A stretch of 62,600 nt of DNA, counting the filler, from Fonticula-like sp. SCN 57-25 (lineage: Eukaryota): the NCBI GenBank assembly GCA_001724245.1. It is 12 parts of 12 records of this genome, joined end to end, with 100 filler letters (N's around TTAATTAATTAA, not from the genome) between each part and the next. Parts side by side here need not be neighbours in the genome. Positions count along the whole stretch, not along the records: positions 57,596 to 62,600 come from MEDX01000649.1; 11 more parts are not named here. One strand, 5' to 3'. Under the pieces are notes generated by a model. It was not told the DNA's origin. It searched no databases and was given only the letters and a program-made list of their open reading frames with translations. Made by a program: the position numbers and the translations under genes. Shown here in pieces: positions 61,628 through 62,600 of the stretch; the first letter of the stretch is position 1; every line of letters starts with the position of its first letter.

Positions 61628-62194
61628 ATGGCTTTCCGATTCGCTCGTGCGCAAACGGCCGAGTTTGACGAGTCAAGCTGGCGGGCTGCGCGTATTTGGC
61701 TCAGGGAAAGTGGACTAAGTGTTCGCCAAATTTGCACCTGGTTTCAAGTTCCTTTTTCGTTGTCGTTCTACAAGATCATGCGCTCAGAACAATACTTGCC
61801 CCGACGAAGCTCAAGCCTCTCTCGCATGCTCTGCGAGCGCGCGATTCGCCTTCATAAGGAGAACGCCGAGATTCCTTGCAAAAGTGATCTACTAGGCGAC
61901 CTAGATGTTGCACCCCAAGCTTCAGAACAGCTCGACACTTTTCTTGAATCCAGCCTCCAAACCTTGGACGATCTCAAGAATTCTAAAAATGAGTCGGCGA
62001 CCGACAATGCAACGGTCTCTTGGCAACTTGATGAAAGCGGTTCTTTTATCAGCGTAACCTTTTTTTTTCGAGATGTCGATCCCCGCGACCAGCAGAGCTT
62101 TAAGCAGGCCATTTCTTCCATTCAAAGTAACCCAGCCTTCGCCTCCCTGAAAGTTTCTGCCGAATTTGTAACCACCGTCAATCTGACAGGGTGA
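61628..62194 (+). CDS. Hypothetical protein, possible N-terminal HTH
   Basis: ORF of about 188 codons from ATG 61628; LRESGLSVRQICTWFQV is weakly HTH-like. Confidence 0.4.
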   Translation: MAFRFARAQTAEFDESSWRAARIWLRESGLSVRQICTWFQVPFSLSFYKIMRSEQYLPRRSSSLSRMLCERAIRLHKENAEIPCKSDLLGDLDVAPQASEQLDTFLESSLQTLDDLKNSKNESATDNATVSWQLDESGSFISVTFFFRDVDPRDQQSFKQAISSIQSNPAFASLKVSAEFVTTVNLTG

Positions 62195-62600
62195 GGTCTT
62201 GCCAGTTGACACTTGGCATTACTTTGCCGGAGGTTCTACGCTTACATTTGCTTGTCAGACGAATAGGCTCACAGGGTTTACAAATTATATTCTTACTTTT
62301 CAAGGCTTTCTTTCGGTATCAAATTCCAGTAATTATTGAAAATATATTAAATATACGTAAGCATACCGTCCTTTAGGACTCTAAAACGCGCGTCTTTTGA
62401 TACAATGCAATAGCTGTAAAAGTCATCACCTTTTTTGATTGTTTGCTGACCATCACCGTTCCCTTTGATGACCATGAGACGCGATTTTTCATGGTCATCA
62501 TCGGATTCGTCTGTCACCGCTGGCCGGCCGGTGGAAACATGGCGATGCCCCATGGTCACACGCTTGTGACGCAAAAGGAGGACGCTGCGGATCTCTACTT

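Overview
This is not one locus. It is 12 eukaryotic contigs of about 5 kb (1-5067, 5168-10233, 10334-15383, 15484-20529, 20630-25671, 25772-30812, 30913-36357, 36458-42163, 42264-47284, 47385-52390, 52491-57495, 57596-62600) joined by artificial 100-nt spacers (N44-TTAATTAATTAA-N44). Most contigs come from a gene-dense, GC-rich microbial eukaryote with many short (about 40-70 nt) GT-AG introns. Its gene set (Mss4-type PIP5K, eEF3, CYFIP, ELYS, Spt20) suggests an amoeboid relative of fungi, which is an inference. Housekeeping genes: cAMP phosphodiesterase, three kinases, ELYS, PIP5K, PI31, RING ligase, DNA2, Spt20, NDH-2, CYFIP, PEX10, eEF3, MZT1, tRNA-Ser, an MFS permease; several are absent from the ORF track. 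Contig 10 looks compositionally foreign and starts with a bacterial-looking thuA. Most interesting signals: (1) a tandem array of WD40-coiled-coil-SAM-SAM genes with roughly one propeller blade per exon and divergence concentrated on the predicted ligand-binding face; (2) a DARPin-like ankyrin gene with a conserved framework and variable binding positions, next to a Crinkler-like gene built by exon+intron tandem duplication; (3) longer introns made of sense-strand T-tracts phased at about 10-11 bp, resembling nematode PATCs. Gene models were spliced by eye and family assignments come from recalled motifs, not database searches.
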